Position numbers and translations under genes: made by a program
The notes under the pieces: generated by a model
Told to the model about the DNA's origin: nothing
Databases searched by the model: none
The model's input: the letters and a program-made list of their open reading frames with translations, nothing else
Assembly: GCF_006345805.1 (NCBI RefSeq)
Contig: NC_043020.1
Location: 11,284,001 to 11,348,000, forward strand
DNA length: 64,000 nt
Reading direction: 5' to 3'
Origin: Octopus sinensis
Lineage: Eukaryota
Part shown: positions 26,177 to 39,878 of the stretch, in pieces
How positions within the stretch are numbered: the stretch's first letter is position 1
How the letters are laid out: every line of letters starts with the position of its first letter

Positions 26177-26819
26177 TGTCTTTTTCATGTAAATGAAGTA
26201 ATTTCTCTTAATTTTTCCTTCTTCATCAGAATGAAAATATATTTAATAACTGAGAGAGACTGGTATGTTGAGTTGTGGATTTTGATTACAAAATCAGAAA
26301 TAATTCTTTGATATTATTCTTACATTTCTTTGATATTTCCAGAACACCTTTACGCAATGATTGCTTATGATTTTTAATAAATTTTAATCAATCACTATAA
26401 TATATCTTTGATCTTTAAGTGTTCTTCTCACGGCTTTTGTAAATTTCGAGAGATTATGAACCTGAGAATGTAGGACTATTAACAGCTAAGCACATTAACC
26501 TAGACAGATTTTCTTAAGATGAAGAATATGATAGAATTTCTCTTCAGCTTCTGTCTTTGACTGAACAAAATGGGATGTTGATATGTAGATCTAATGTTAG
26601 AAATAATTGTAACAGTAAGCTTCAAATTCCAATTGAAAATTCTTCACAGCTTTATGAATTATAAATATGGGTGCTACCAAAGTTGTGTAGTGAAGAAGTT
26701 AACTTTGTAACAACTTGGTTTTCAAGTTCTACCACACTTGTATCTTGAGCAATTGTCTTTGGATAACCAATGCTTTACATGTGGAATTGGTAAATGGAAA
26801 CAGTATGAAAGGCCATTCA

Positions 26820-27060
26820 TCATCGTCATCATCATTCTAACATCCACCTTTTCATGCTTATAAGGGTCAGATGGAGTTTATTGAGGCAGAGGTTTTATAA
26901 GTTGATGCCCTTCCTGTCACTGACCCTCACCTGTTTATTTCCCCATAGCTTGCCATGTTCTTGAGGATAGTGGAAATGAATGTCAAGGCTTGTATGACAG
27001 CAACAAACATTTTATAAATATCAGGCAATGCTGAGACAAAGAGACACAAGCCTATACACA
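26820..27060 (-). mobile_element. Degenerate SINE (Nin/Deu-like domain), related to about 32440-32735
   Basis: gatgcccttcctgtcac is the reverse complement of the ..aagggca(t)cc block at about 32605. Confidence 0.45.
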
Positions 27061-27111
27061 CCCATACTCAGATTTAATTACACATTTTTCAATGCTTCAT
27101 CATTTGCATTC

Positions 27112-27166
<55 letters not shown>

Positions 27167-27169
<3 letters not shown>

Positions 27170-27366
27170 TAAGTAAAAATTTAGATTCAGTTGAATTTGG
27201 TACTTAAGTTAAAGGCACCAGAATTTGGTATGGTATTATCCATATAATTCAAAATGGGGTGATTACAATCAAAATAAGCAGCAAGGATATCCAGAGGTAA
27301 TGCATGAAACAATCGTACTGCATTATCTCTGGATATCCTTGTTGCTTATTTTGATTATATATTTAA

Positions 27367-27368
<2 letters not shown>
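27167..27368. mobile_element. PLE-type remnant with terminal hairpin, between (TA)n tracts
   Basis: aatcaaaataagcagcaaggatatccagag / ctctggatatccttgttgcttattttgatt inverted repeat. Confidence 0.65.
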
Positions 27369-27414
<46 letters not shown>

Positions 27415-27424
<10 letters not shown>

Positions 27425-27815
27425 TTAGAGACAAAACCACTATTATGCAAATCAAACAAAGAAAGACTTAATCCAATACATAAAAAATTTTATATAAATT
27501 AAATATAATTAAGATTAATTAAGATATCCACTACGATCGTTTCTTGTCACTTCAATGGACATTCATACCTGATGAATGTCTATTGAAGTGACAAGAAACG
27601 ATTGTAGTGGATATCTTAATTAATCTTAATTATATTTAATTTATATAAAATTTCTTATGTATGGGATTAAGTCTTTCTTTGTTTGATTTGCATAATAGTG
27701 GTTTTGTCTCTAATTAATATTATATTATATTTTACTATAAAATTGGATTCAATCCTAAATCTGATTTTTCCCTGTAAATTTGGATTTATTCCCTAATATT
27801 TATTATTATTATATA
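27415..27815. mobile_element. Palindromic PLE-type mini-element with a hammerhead at its centre
   Basis: About 150-bp inverted arms (27415-27566 / 27572-27725); the tail is shared with about 37465-37580. Confidence 0.75.
27567..27610 (+). ncRNA. Type-I hammerhead ribozyme motif
   Basis: CTGATGA-atgtc(tattgaagt)gaca-a-GAAAC-gatt-GTA-gtgg; the opposite arm keeps a palindromic GATC loop III. Confidence 0.65.
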
Positions 27816-27837
27816 TATATATATATATATATATACT

Positions 27838-27877
<40 letters not shown>

Positions 27878-28215
27878 GGATAGTTGAAATGTTTGTCAGA
27901 CATTGCAACTGCTAAAGGCAAATAAAATACACTACAGTTACTGTGGAGAAAAATCTCTCTTGAGGTAAAAAGGTGTGAAAACATCAGTCGGTTCAGTGTC
28001 GCCATCTGTTAGGAATCTCAGACATCGATGTTTCAAACTATGTGACAAACATATTTTAATTAACCTAAACTGTTATCAAACCTAACCACTGTTTTGTGCC
28101 AATGCTTCGTAATTTATCTCGATCAGGTAATCTACTAGCACAAATCAGTTACATGACTGAATTATATATAAAACTACAAACTTTATTTAGTTTGTTCAGA
28201 GTTGCATATTTTAGA

Positions 28216-28632
28216 AGGCGGCGAGCTGGCAGAAACGTTAGCATGCTGGGCGAAATGCTTAGCAGTATTTCGTCTGCCGTTACGTTCTGAGTTCAAATTC
28301 CGCCAAGGTCGACTTTGCCTTTCATCCTTTCGGGGTCGATTAAATAAGTACCAGTTATGCACTGGGTTCGATATAATCGACTTAATCCGTTTGTCTGTCC
28401 TTGTTTATCCACTCTATGTTTAGCCCCTTGTGGGCGAAATAAGAAATATTAGGTGAAATGCTTAGTGCTATTTCGTCTGTCTTTATTTTCTGAGTTCAAA
28501 TTCCGCAGAGGTCGACTTTTCCTTTCATCCTTTTGGGGTTGATAAACTAAGTACCAGTTGTGTACTGAGGTTGATCTAATCGACTGGTCCCCTCCCCTAA
28601 AATTTTGGGCTTTGTGCCTTGAGTAGAAAAGA
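28216..28632 (+). mobile_element. SINE family B dimer
   Basis: GGCGGCGAGCTGGCAGAAACGTTAGCA head and two Meta-like cores. Confidence 0.88.
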
Positions 28633-28634
28633 GT

Positions 28635-31600
28635 TTCATCTCGTTTGGCTGCTGCTTGTTTGTGAACTCGATTTGCATTATTCCCATGTTTTCTTGTTAT
28701 TGCACTAGTTTTTGTTAAAATTTAAACTGTTATCAATTTGTTAACTGTAATTTTCACCTGCGAGGCAGAAAATCGTGAATTTTTGTTATTGGAAAAAAAT
28801 TACTTTTGAACTCTGTGTTTTTTACCCTTACAGGGTATAAAAATATCATTTTTATCATTTTTGGCAAAAGTTATTTTTTATAAAAAAGAAATTATTTTTT
28901 GTAAAAGAAAAATTCTTTCAATTCCTTTTGAAGGAGTTCATTTTGTAATGGAATTTAGCGTCATGTCGAGGAAAGATTTCCCAGAGATGAAGGAGGCACC
29001 AGAAAAGCTCTTAGCGCAAAGCAAGTGTCTGGAGAGAAATCCAGTTTTCGGCTGCCGTAGACAGGAATATGAGAGAGATAGAGGTAACAATGATGGAATT
29101 ATTTAAATATCGAAATTTAGGGATGAAAAACGGAAATGATGCAAAATTACTACCCTGCAGGAAATTGTTCAGAATTTAGTGGGAAAACGGTAGTTTACAA
29201 AAAGTATAACGTAAAAGAAAAAAGGATTATGACTCGCAAAAGTAAAATAATTGAAAGGTTTTTGGCCCCAATTTGAAACAAGATTGTATATGTCGGACAA
29301 AGAGCGTCATGGTGGAGGCGCAGTTCGTTAACGAGAACGAGTGAAGGAGTTATCCACAAGGACTTTAAAAAACGAGGAGATAATCTTACTACCCACGTAT
29401 TTGGGTAGACGAAATGCAAAATTACAGTAGAAGAGATATCAGTGGGGCACGATGTAATCTGGATAGCAGCCGCCATAACATATGATATGGAGGAGAAAAT
29501 GGCGATATTGCAGAAGAAGGAGACAGAAAATTGGAAGGGGCAGATCCTTGAGATCGTGGTCCAGGCTTCGCCTGAAGTATTGGAAATGATGCCCAATAAG
29601 GTATTTATAGGGGAGGGGCTCAGTGTGAGAGTTGCAGTTGAAGGGCGTAGGCCACGCTGCTTTAAGTGTGGTGAAAAGGGCCACGTCTGCTCTCAATGCG
29701 AGACAAAAAAACGTGTGAAGCCCCTCCTCAAAAAGAACCGCAAGTAAAGGGTGAAAAAGAGAGACAAACAGAAAGGATAGAAAAGGCAGTAGAAGAAACA
29801 AAAAGACAAGAAGGGAAACAAAAACAAAAACACAAGGGAAGACACAAAACAAGGAGGAGAACAAGAAAAAACAGAAGACAACTTCTGTAACAAGAAGAAA
29901 TTGATTTTAACATGGTTACATCCCACAAGAGGAAAAAAGCCCAAGCCCTGGACTCCCCTCTCCATACAAAGAATACAAGCAAGCATACTACAGACACACA
30001 CAGAAAAACCTCCCCACACCATTCCCTTGTTAAAACCCTTTACCAAACACCACCCCAAGACGCAAGAAAAAATTATATCTTTCAATGAAAGAAATGATGT
30101 GTTATCAACAATAATCAGAGTTCACTACAAAGCCCAGGTATATAAAGTAACAACGGACATGCCACCTCACATCTGCGTTGCGAAGATGGAGGTGGGGGCT
30201 ATTCAACGAACTAAGAGGGAGATATCCCAATTGTATAAAAGATGTTAGCCAGGAGATGGCCGGGAAAACCTTCATGGCCAGTCCAGTGGCTACACCACAG
30301 AAGGAAAAGGATGGGGAGGAAGCTGAATTCGTGCAGCCCCTGCTCAAATTTAAAATGTAAGTAAGCCTTTTTTAAAATGGAGATTAAGTTAGGGTGTGTA
30401 AATGTTAAGGTGAAGCCTGGGGTAGAAATGGAAACAAACTTGTCTCCTGAACGACCTTAGGTCACTAGATATAGACGCTTATATTGTGACTGAGTCCAAG
30501 CTGAACAGGCCACAAGCATTCTTGCCTTTTCTAAATGGCTATGAGAAATTTATTTCTCCTAGTCGGCGGGGAGGCAAGGGTGTAGTGGTCTTATTCAGGA
30601 AAAACTTAGACGTACAGCTAATTACAGTCTTTCTGGACCCAGAGGGTAGGCTAGTCGTCCTGGATGTGACACACGTAAGTAAAGTCCTTCAGGTTGGTAG
30701 CTGTCTATGCTCCTAAGGAGTGTAGACAAGCTGTTTTTTTTCCAGGACCTGGAGAACTTCTTAGTGACGTCAAAAACTCTAGTTGTACTAGGAGACGTTA
30801 ACATTATTCTTGATGCACGGGTGGATAGTGTTGATAGAAGGGGAAACCCTGGCCTCAAAAGGCTACTAGGAAGCTATAATCTAATAGACCGTTACAGACT
30901 GGATGAACCGCTCATTCCACAGTGGATGTGGACTAATAACAACGGTTCACTCAGATCTTATTTAGATAGGATATCCATTAGGGATAGAGGTAGGAATACG
31001 TTTAGTTGTCCACACTTTTATTGTTCCCTGACATGGATCACAAGTTTGTGACGTGTGAGGTGTACCTAGATAAATGTCATAGGCAGGGACCAGGATACTG
31101 GAAGATAAACAAGTCTATTTTGACTTGTAAAACCTTCCGTGCCTGGGTTAAGGAGTTAGTGCAGAGAGCATTAACCGGTGCCATCATTAATAATAGTTGG
31201 TGGTGTGCCCCCAAGGAGGCCATTCGTTCTGATTTAGTAAACAGCTAAGTCTAGAGAAGACTAGACTAGAAGGGAGCCTAATTAAGGAATTAGATGAGGC
31301 CATGGAATCTAGCTCTGCATCTGGAGTAATGGCGGCGAAAGTGTTTTTTTTTTCTGTCATCTCAAAGCCAAACACGAAGGGTGTAGAGTCAGATCTAAGC
31401 TTCATGCGGTGGGGAGGGAGGGTATTAATGTTGCTGGATGGGCATGTCGTGTGGAGAGTCGGAGAGGCATAGAAGCCTCTATCCAGTCTTTAACGGACGA
31501 ACATGGGCATACGATTGGAGGACAGGAGGAGATGCAAAAGGCTTTTCACCAGCATTTGGCTCAGCTGTTCGGGGAGAGTGGTGGGCTGGACCGTGGGGAG

Positions 31601-31990
31601 TCCCTAAAGAACTTTCTCGCCGGTGGGCCGTGGCTCTCGGCACGGGAGGCGGAATGCTGTGAAGGGTCATTTACGGCTACGGAATTTGAAGAGGCCCTGG
31701 CTGAGTGCGCCAGGGACAAGTCGCCGTGGCTGGATGGTCTGGCCTATGAATTTTATTGTAGTATGCCGGACTTATTCGGACACTTGCTGGCCTGCGTCTA
31801 CACAAACTGGCAGCAGAATGGGAGGATTCCCAACTCTGTGAGTCGGGGAGTAGTGATGCTGATCAGAAAAAATCCAAGGGGGACTATATTAGTAATTTTA
31901 GGCCCTTAACTCAACTTAATGAAGAGTTAAAGATTTTGGTCGAGGTGCTAGCAAAAAGGTTGGCATATATCGTGGAGAAACTTATAGGAA
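28635..31990 (+). mobile_element. Tx1/L1-clade LINE relic (ORF1 zinc knuckle, ORF2 APE and start of RT), frameshifted
   Basis: RPRCFKCGEKGHVCSQC (CCHC); ORF2 from ATG 30377 with VTESKL, GVVVLFRK, LGDVN, SYLDRI, DHK, GPGYWKIN, KSPWLDGLAYEFY and RPL motifs. Confidence 0.88.
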
Positions 31991-32439
31991 GTTTAGAGGA
32001 GAGCACCTTCTGCGGGCGCTGGTTTATATGTGGTGGTGTTGGTGGTGGTGGAAGTCTTGGCGAGGCGTGTAGAGAGAGACAGAGACAGAGTGAGCGAGTG
32101 GGAGATTTCGTGTGCGTGCGCTAGTTTATATAAGGTGGTGGTGGTGGTGGAGGAAGTCTTGGCGAAGCGAGTGGTAATCGAAAGAGGGAGAGAGAGACAG
32201 AGTGAGGCCGAGAGAGAGAGACAGACAGACAAAGTGAGGCCGAGAGAGAGAGAGAGAGAGAGGGAAGTGGTCAAGAACACGAGGGAGGAAAATATTCTTT
32301 TGGGATCTGCGTAGCATAATTTAACGAGACATCAAAAGTTGATAATAGTAAAATAGACTTGAAAAATCTGATACACACACACACACACACATATGTAATA
32401 GCATGTAAATATTGGGTAAAAAACACCTTTTAAATAGAT

Positions 32440-32735
32440 AAAGTCTTTGGATGGTTGATGCTGGTCCCATCGGCCTGACTCCCATGCCAGTGGCACATAA
32501 AAAGCACCATACAAGTGTAGTCAATGCCAGTGCCACCTGACTGGCTCTGTGTCGGTAGTACGTAAAAAGCACCCCCTACATTCTTAGAGTGGTTGGTATC
32601 AGCAAGGGCACCCAGCTGGAGAAACCTTATCAGATCAGATTGGAGCCTGGTGCAGCCTCCTGACTTGTCAGTTCTCAATCAAACCGTCCAATCCATGTCA
32701 GCATGGAAAGAAGACGTTAAAAGATAATGATGACA
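32440..32735 (+). mobile_element. SINE 3' part (Nin/Deu-like domain)
   Basis: aaaagcaccccctacattcttagagtggttggtatcagcaagggcacccagc with a (GAT)-type tail. Confidence 0.5.
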
Positions 32736-33450
32736 TTTTGCCTGTTAGCATTTTGTGTCAGCAGTCACATTTTGATATATTTATTGAGATCAAATTTTGA
32801 CTGTTAGGATTTTTGACTGTTAGGATCTTACACCACAAGATAATTTATAAAATTCCATGCAAGAATAGATTAATTATGGAAACCATACCTATATTGCAAT
32901 ATGATGCCGAAATTCACATGCAGACACAATATCAAAAAGAAAATGAATAAATAAAATAACCTAGCCGGCAAAATTTGACTGCAAAAAAACATTCAACTGC
33001 TGATGCATAAAGCTAATAGTAAAAAACCCATTATTGGGAAGGTTTACACAATTTCAAGCAGTATATAAGAAACAACACAAATGCCAAATATATTAAATCC
33101 TTTTCTTGGTAATGTGACTGTGATGGTTTGGAAAATTCGTTTATGTCTATAGGAAGTCTCCACTCTCCTGTTTTTGTTCCCAACATTGACCCCCCCCATG
33201 AATCCAAAATTTAATTTTGGAATTTATAGGAGCAACTGTCTTCGAAGACTCATATTGTCGTTGAATGCTCGAAATGAGGACTAGATAGACAGCCAACGAC
33301 TAATGACAGGTCGTTCTCTGTTACTTGTCCTGCTTTCAATTTTTTTTCTCTTGTTTGTGTATTTAACTTGTTTGTTTTCATACTTCATGTTGTTTACACA
33401 GTTTTGACGTCTTGTACCCATACATGCATGTGTTTTTCTCTCTCTGTGTA

Positions 33451-33488
33451 TCTTTCTGTTGAAGAGCGTAGGCTCGAAACGTTAAAGA
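33451..33488 (+). ncRNA. Minimal type-I hammerhead motif (core CTGTTGA, probably mutated)
   Basis: tcttt-CTGTTGA-a-gagc(gtag)gctc-GAAAC-GTT-aaaga; the element ends in (TA)n; stem II equals that of the 8377 motif. Confidence 0.55.
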
Positions 33489-33585
33489 CTTGTTTTATTT
33501 ATATTTCCTGAGCGCCATACTAATACAATTGTTCGTTTGTTTTCCACCTGCCTTCGTCTTTTGTTTATTTTCATAAAGCTTCCCG

Positions 33586-33670
<85 letters not shown>

Positions 33671-33885
33671 CATTGAGGATAAAATCTTTAAAAGAAATTA
33701 TCAGTAGTCAGCGTGAAAAACCTCGTAAGAGAAAAAATCCGTAAATTCTTCCTCTTTGAAAATATTCATTTATATTATATTGAGGGTACTACTATTCGTA
33801 GATACCAACACGCTAAGAGGGACCAATGCGGTCAAAACTACTAAAATAAACAAAATTTTACCGAATGCAAAACTTCAAAACACAG

Positions 33886-33976
<91 letters not shown>

Positions 33977-35114
33977 GAAAAGCTTGAATTATATTTCATC
34001 CTTTACTTTGGAGGATTCCAAAAAGATGATTTCTAACAAAGATACTTCATATTTTGCCAGAACCTTGCTGGAGTAAGGTTTTGTGAATACGAACATATTG
34101 CTTGTGTTATGAGAATTTTATGGAAAGGTGTCCCATAGAACTCAACAAATTTGTTAAAAATGGAGAAGAAAAGGCGTTAAAAGTTGAAAGAATTTTTTCT
34201 CCATTTTGAACAAATTTGTTGAGTTCTATGGTATACCTTTCCACAAAATTCTCATAACACACCATATGCATACATATATCATTTATATTATTATTTAATT
34301 GAATGCCACACATCCATTTCCAAGTAAGTTTATCTTAATCTTTTTAATGCGACACTACTCTATACTATTTTCTCTCCCATCTTTAATTCCTTTTTTCCCC
34401 TCTTCACCATTTTCTATCTGTTTCTCTCTCTTTCTTGCTCTTTCTCTTTTCTCTCTCTCTCTCTCTCTCTCGTTGCTTACACGTGACCATCGTCCATCTT
34501 TCTTTTCCTCACATGACCTATTTTCATTTGCTGCATGATGTTATAAGGAATGGACGTCTTCTATCACTCTCTTCTATCTTTTCTCTTTTCAAAGAAAATA
34601 TTTCTTCCAGTGTTCGCTATTCTGGTCTAACAACCTTCCATGTTTTTTTAACTCGTTTGTTTTCCTACTTCATTTTGTTTACAGAGTTGGTAATGTCCTG
34701 TACCTATACATGCATATATATGTATGTATGTATGGATGTTTGTAGGTATTTAGTATGTATGTATGTATGTATGTTATGTATGTAAGTAGTATGTATGTAT
34801 GTATGTATTTCTATATATTATTTATATGTATAAATTATATATACATATGTACAATATCAAATATTATATAATATATATATGTGTGTGTGTGTGTGCGTGT
34901 ATGTGTGGTAAAATATATTTATATAATATATATAAATGTTATAATTTTTTAATCTCTCTAGAGGAAGATACAGCAGCAGCAATGGTTATTAATATTTATT
35001 GCCAAACTAGTGGTAGTCTAGAGAAATAGAAGGAAATAGTCCTCTGGACTGCCACGTTAATTTGGCATAATATATATATATATATATATATAATTATACA
35101 TACACATGCATATA

Positions 35115-36354
35115 CAGGGTATCCTAAAAAGATGTATACACACATTAGCAGCTGATAATTCAATTGATGTTTTTTTTTTTCCAGATGAAACCCATTCTAA
35201 TTAATGGTGGCCGTCAGACTAAGCTTTGAACAAAGGAATTCATTCTAAAATGCTTGTTTGAAGTGTGAAAACGCAGTTGAAGTGCAAAGACAGTTTAGGA
35301 GGGAGTTTGAAACAGATCAACCAATGCGACTCACCATCACTCAAATTAGAGATAAGTTTGAAGCCGATGGAACTGTTCAGAAGACCCACGAACATCAGGA
35401 ATGCCAACAAAGAAAGAAGGAGTACTGGAAACGAATCACCAAAGTCCAAGAAAATCTGTGTGGCAAGCGAGTCATGAGGTAGGTATTCCAAATCGTCTGT
35501 CCTACGCATTTTGATGTGTTGTCATGGAAAAGTTACGTTCCATGATTAGTCTGTGCTATTAATGACGATGATCCAGACTGAATAGTGCAGTATTGCAAGT
35601 GATACTTGGCACGATGTGTTAAATCACACGTTCCAACAAAGATTGTGTAGAGTGATGAGGCCACATTCAAATTAAATGATTCAATAACCACCACACTGCA
35701 CCTTGTGAGGATCTGAGAATCCACATGTTATGGTGGAACACCATGTTAATTTACCAGAGTTTGCTGGTATGTGGGTTATCATCAAGAGAATTACATGGAC
35801 CATTCTTTTTTATGCTACGGTGACTAGTTCTGTTTACTTGAATTTGCTGCAACAGTCTGTCATGCCAAGCATCAAAGAAGACTTTGAAGATGAGGAGTTT
35901 TTTATTTTCAGCAAGATGGGCACCCCCACACCCTGCCATCGCTATGTTTAGATCCTTCCTTGATGAGATCTTGCCAAACAGGTAGATTGGACGAAGGGGG
36001 TTTCATCAAACACCCTCTACATTCACCAGACCTCACACCACTAGACATTTTTTATGGGGATACCTAAAAGGACACAGTCTACACTATGAAGCCTGCAACG
36101 GTTGCTGATTTGAGAGCAGCCATTGAATGAAATGCACAGAAGTACCAACGAATTGTTTCGTGATATTTGCAATTCCCATTGATTTGTGTTTGTCAGCAGT
36201 GCCTGGACCAGGATGGACTCAGTTTGCAAACAGGCATTGACAAAACAATTAAATAATGTCTGTAGATTCTATTAAATTTTGAAAATGATATTTCTTTTAA
36301 TAAACACCTATTTACAATTATTTAAAGTTGTATACATTTTTTGGGGACACCCCA
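35115..36354 (+). mobile_element. Tc1/mariner DD37D (maT-like) transposon relic
   Basis: TIRs CAGGGTATCCTAAAAAGATGTATACA / TGTATACATTTTTTGGGGACACCCC in TA context; VEVQRQFRREF..IRDKFEADGTV HTH, SDEATFKLN and SPDLTPLD..LWG motifs. Confidence 0.85.
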
Positions 36355-36405
36355 TATATAATATAGAATACATATATATATATATACGTATGTATATATG
36401 TGTGT

Positions 36406-36454
<49 letters not shown>

Positions 36455-36465
36455 ATATATATATA

Positions 36466-36499
<34 letters not shown>

Positions 36500-36983
36500 C
36501 TATTATATATATAATATTATAATAAATCTTTACATAAATAAATACATGAATACACGAAGGGACGAACAAAAAGACAAACGGGTCATTCAAAGCCTTCATT
36601 CTTCAGTCAGAAACTGATCCGTCATCGCAGATTTCGGCTGTTTAATTCTGAGATCCGCTCTGAATCAGCCAGCCACAGAAGCAAAGAATGCAACGCAACA
36701 GAGACGAACATGAAACGAAAAATCTTTTTGGAGACAGTAACGGTTAAAAACATGGACGACACAGGCGCCCTACGGCTTTGAGACAAAAAGAGAGACACAA
36801 AAACATATCAGCAAGCGTGGAAAAATAATTACCTTTTCGGTGATAAGACACATGTTGAACAAGCGGCCGCTGGAAACAGAATGGCTGAGGCAGCACGTCG
36901 CAAGAGGGTAAGAGAGAGAAGGGGGTAAGAGAGAGAAGGGGTAAGAGAGAGAGGGGACCAAGGAGGGTGGAAGCGAGACAGAA

Positions 36984-37083
36984 NNNNNNNNNNNNNNNNN
37001 NNNNNNNNNNNNNNNNNNNNNNNNNNNNNNNNNNNNNNNNNNNNNNNNNNNNNNNNNNNNNNNNNNNNNNNNNNNNNNNNNNN
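36984..37083. other. Assembly gap (100 N)
   Basis: Run of N. Confidence 1.
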
Positions 37084-37165
37084 TCGCTCAATAAACACCC
37101 AAAAACGTCCGGCTGGGAGTAGAAACCGCGAGTCCGCTGCCCTAACCACCGGGCCATTGCGCCTC
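37084..37165 (-). mobile_element. SINE family A head fragment
   Basis: gagtccgctgccctaaccaccgggccattgcgcctc. Confidence 0.75.
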
Positions 37166-37577
37166 GCTTATTATATATATATATATATATATAATAGATA
37201 TATATGAATTTATTCACTATTATAATACCTGAGATTGACTATAATTTTAGTTCGAATTTATTTCAATTGAATTTAAACTTAATTGTAATTGTAATTCGAA
37301 TTTAATTATTGCCATGAAACGTACGTAGTGTTTTTACTTATTATATTATATTTATAATTCTTTTTATACTTTTTGAAAAAAAAACTTATATATATTATAT
37401 ATTATATTAATTATATTTATATTATTTGTTATTTATGTATTAGTTTATGTCTATCACTGTTTGAGTTGCATAATAGTGGTTTTTATCTCTAATTCATATT
37501 TTATATATTTATACTGTGAAATTTGATTTAATACTAAACCGAATTTTTCCCTGTAAATTTGGAGCTATACTCCCTAA

Positions 37578-37637
<60 letters not shown>

Positions 37638-37639
<2 letters not shown>

Positions 37640-37958
37640 CAGTAGTTTTATTTTTATAGCGTGCTTTCACTTCACTACCGAGCGCAGCTCTGTTGTGCCT
37701 TGGGTATGTGCTGTGATTTGTTGTCATGCTCTGATGGTTATGTATGGAAAGTGTTCTGCGTAGGATGTGTGGGTGCCTAGTAGTGCAATTTTCTGTATGT
37801 TATATGTGTTTGTAAGTCCTGGTGTTTTTGTTATGTATTTGTCTGAATATTTTTTATCATGCCTAATGCACCTACTATGATAGGAATTGTTTCTGTTTTT
37901 AGATTCACATTCTGGTTACCTTATTTCAGGTCTTTGTATTTTGAGAGTTTCTCCATTT
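37638..37958 (-). mobile_element. R4/Dong LINE 3' end (5'-truncated) inside a (TTA)n-rich tract
   Basis: The minus strand reads NLKTETIPIIVGALGM..KYSDKYITKTPGLTNTYNIQKIALLGT.HILRRTL (RLE C-terminus); TTA repeats abut the 3' end and lie just beyond the 5' end. Confidence 0.8.
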
Positions 37959-38018
<60 letters not shown>

Positions 38019-38589
38019 GTTGTTGTTGTTATATATCTTAGTATTCTGTTGAATCTGGCACATAAATAGTAAGGCACCGGGTTGAGTCAAAATCAAGATG
38101 CATACACAACAACTATAGACGAATACAAACATTAGTACCGAAGTACAGACAGAAAGATATTCAGAGTATATCACTAATTAATTGCACCCTACAGAGTATA
38201 TTACTTGCCCATGGGCTAATCCAGAAACGCGCATTGTGATTTAACCACTTATCATAAGGATTATGGCTGTTTCGCAACCTTCATCATGTAAAAATAATTT
38301 ATTATAGACTGAAATTATTATTACATGATGAAGGCTGCGAAACAACCGTAATCCTAAGGATAACAAGTGGTTAAATGAACATATTCACGACCCATACCTC
38401 CTGACATTTTATGGCTTATAAACCCCTCATGAAATAATTTCATTGGCTGGATCTTCTGGATTTCACCTGCATAGAACTCTGCATTAGTACTGGATGTGGT
38501 ATGCTAGCTGGGTCCACTAGCAGGGCTTTCTGTGATAACCATATGATTCTATGAATCCGTATATTTCACTACGAATATATCTGTGTGTG

Positions 38590-38842
38590 TGGAGGCACTT
38601 GGCTTAGTGGTTAGGGTGTCAGCATCATGATCGTAAGATTGTGGTTTCGATTCCTGGACCGGGCGACGCGTTGTGTTCTTGAGCAAAACACTTCATTTCA
38701 CCTTGCTCCAGTCCACTCAGCGGGCAAAAATGAGTAACGCTGCGATGGACTGGCATCCCGTCCAGCCGGGGAACACATACGCCATAGAAACCGAGAAACC
38801 GAGCCCATGAGCCTAGCCAGGCTTTAAAAGGGCGTAAAAAAA
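38590..38842 (+). mobile_element. tRNA-SINE related to family A (distinct body)
   Basis: GGAGGCACTTGGCTTAGTGGTTAGGG..GGTTTCGATTCC head with an A-rich tail; related relic at about 52035-52195. Confidence 0.7.
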
Positions 38843-39261
38843 AATAGCTGTGTGTATGTGTGTGTTAAAAACGTTTCGGATGGTAGTCTTTCCTCGTAGA
38901 GTTCTGACTGTAAATTGTATCAGATATCTAATTTCTTTGTAGCATACTTACCACCTTATCTTACATTCCCGTTCACTGAATTCTGGTATATATACAGAGA
39001 ATGTCCTTGAAATTCTTGATGTGTCAGCAGTTTGATGGCGTGGTTTCTGTCTGCTCTTTTCTTTTTCTTTTTCGTTCTTTTTTTATTTTATTTTGCTCTC
39101 TATTCCTTACTACTCTCCTCCTCCCTTTCGTTTTCTTTTTTCTTTTTTCTAAGACGGTAATTCTTCTAGATTGTCTCTTTCTCTCTTACTTTTCCCTTAA
39201 TATCTTTGCCACACGTTTGTGTATGTGTGCGTGTGTGTATGTGTATGTGTGTGTGTGCGTG

Positions 39262-39530
39262 CGTTTGTATGTGTAAATGTATGCATGGATGAGTGTACGC
39301 ATATGTGCGTTGTGTGTGTGTGTGTGTGTGTGCGCGTTTGTATGTGTAAATGTATGCATGGATGCGTGTACGCATATGTGCGTTTTGTGTGTGTGTGTGT
39401 GTGTGTGTTTGTATGTGTAAATGTGTGCATAGATGAGTGTACGCATATGTGCGTTGTGTGTGTGTGTGCGTGTGTGTGTGTGTGTGTGCGTTTGTATGTG
39501 TAAATGTATGCATGGATGCGTGTACGCATA

Positions 39531-39567
<37 letters not shown>

Positions 39568-39612
39568 TTGTATGTGTAAATGTGTGCATGGATGAGTGTA
39601 CGCATATGTGCG

Positions 39613-39647
<35 letters not shown>

Positions 39648-39843
39648 TATGTGTAAATGTGTGCATGGATGAGTGTACGCATTGTGCGTGTGTGTGGTGC
39701 GTGTGTGTGTGGGTGTGCGTTTGTATGTGTAAATGATGCATGGATGCGTGTACGCATATTGGCGTTGTGTGTGTGTGTGTGTGGTGTGGGTGTGTGTTTG
39801 TATGTGTAAATGTGTGCATGGATGGAGTGTACGCATATGTGCG

Positions 39844-39878
<35 letters not shown>

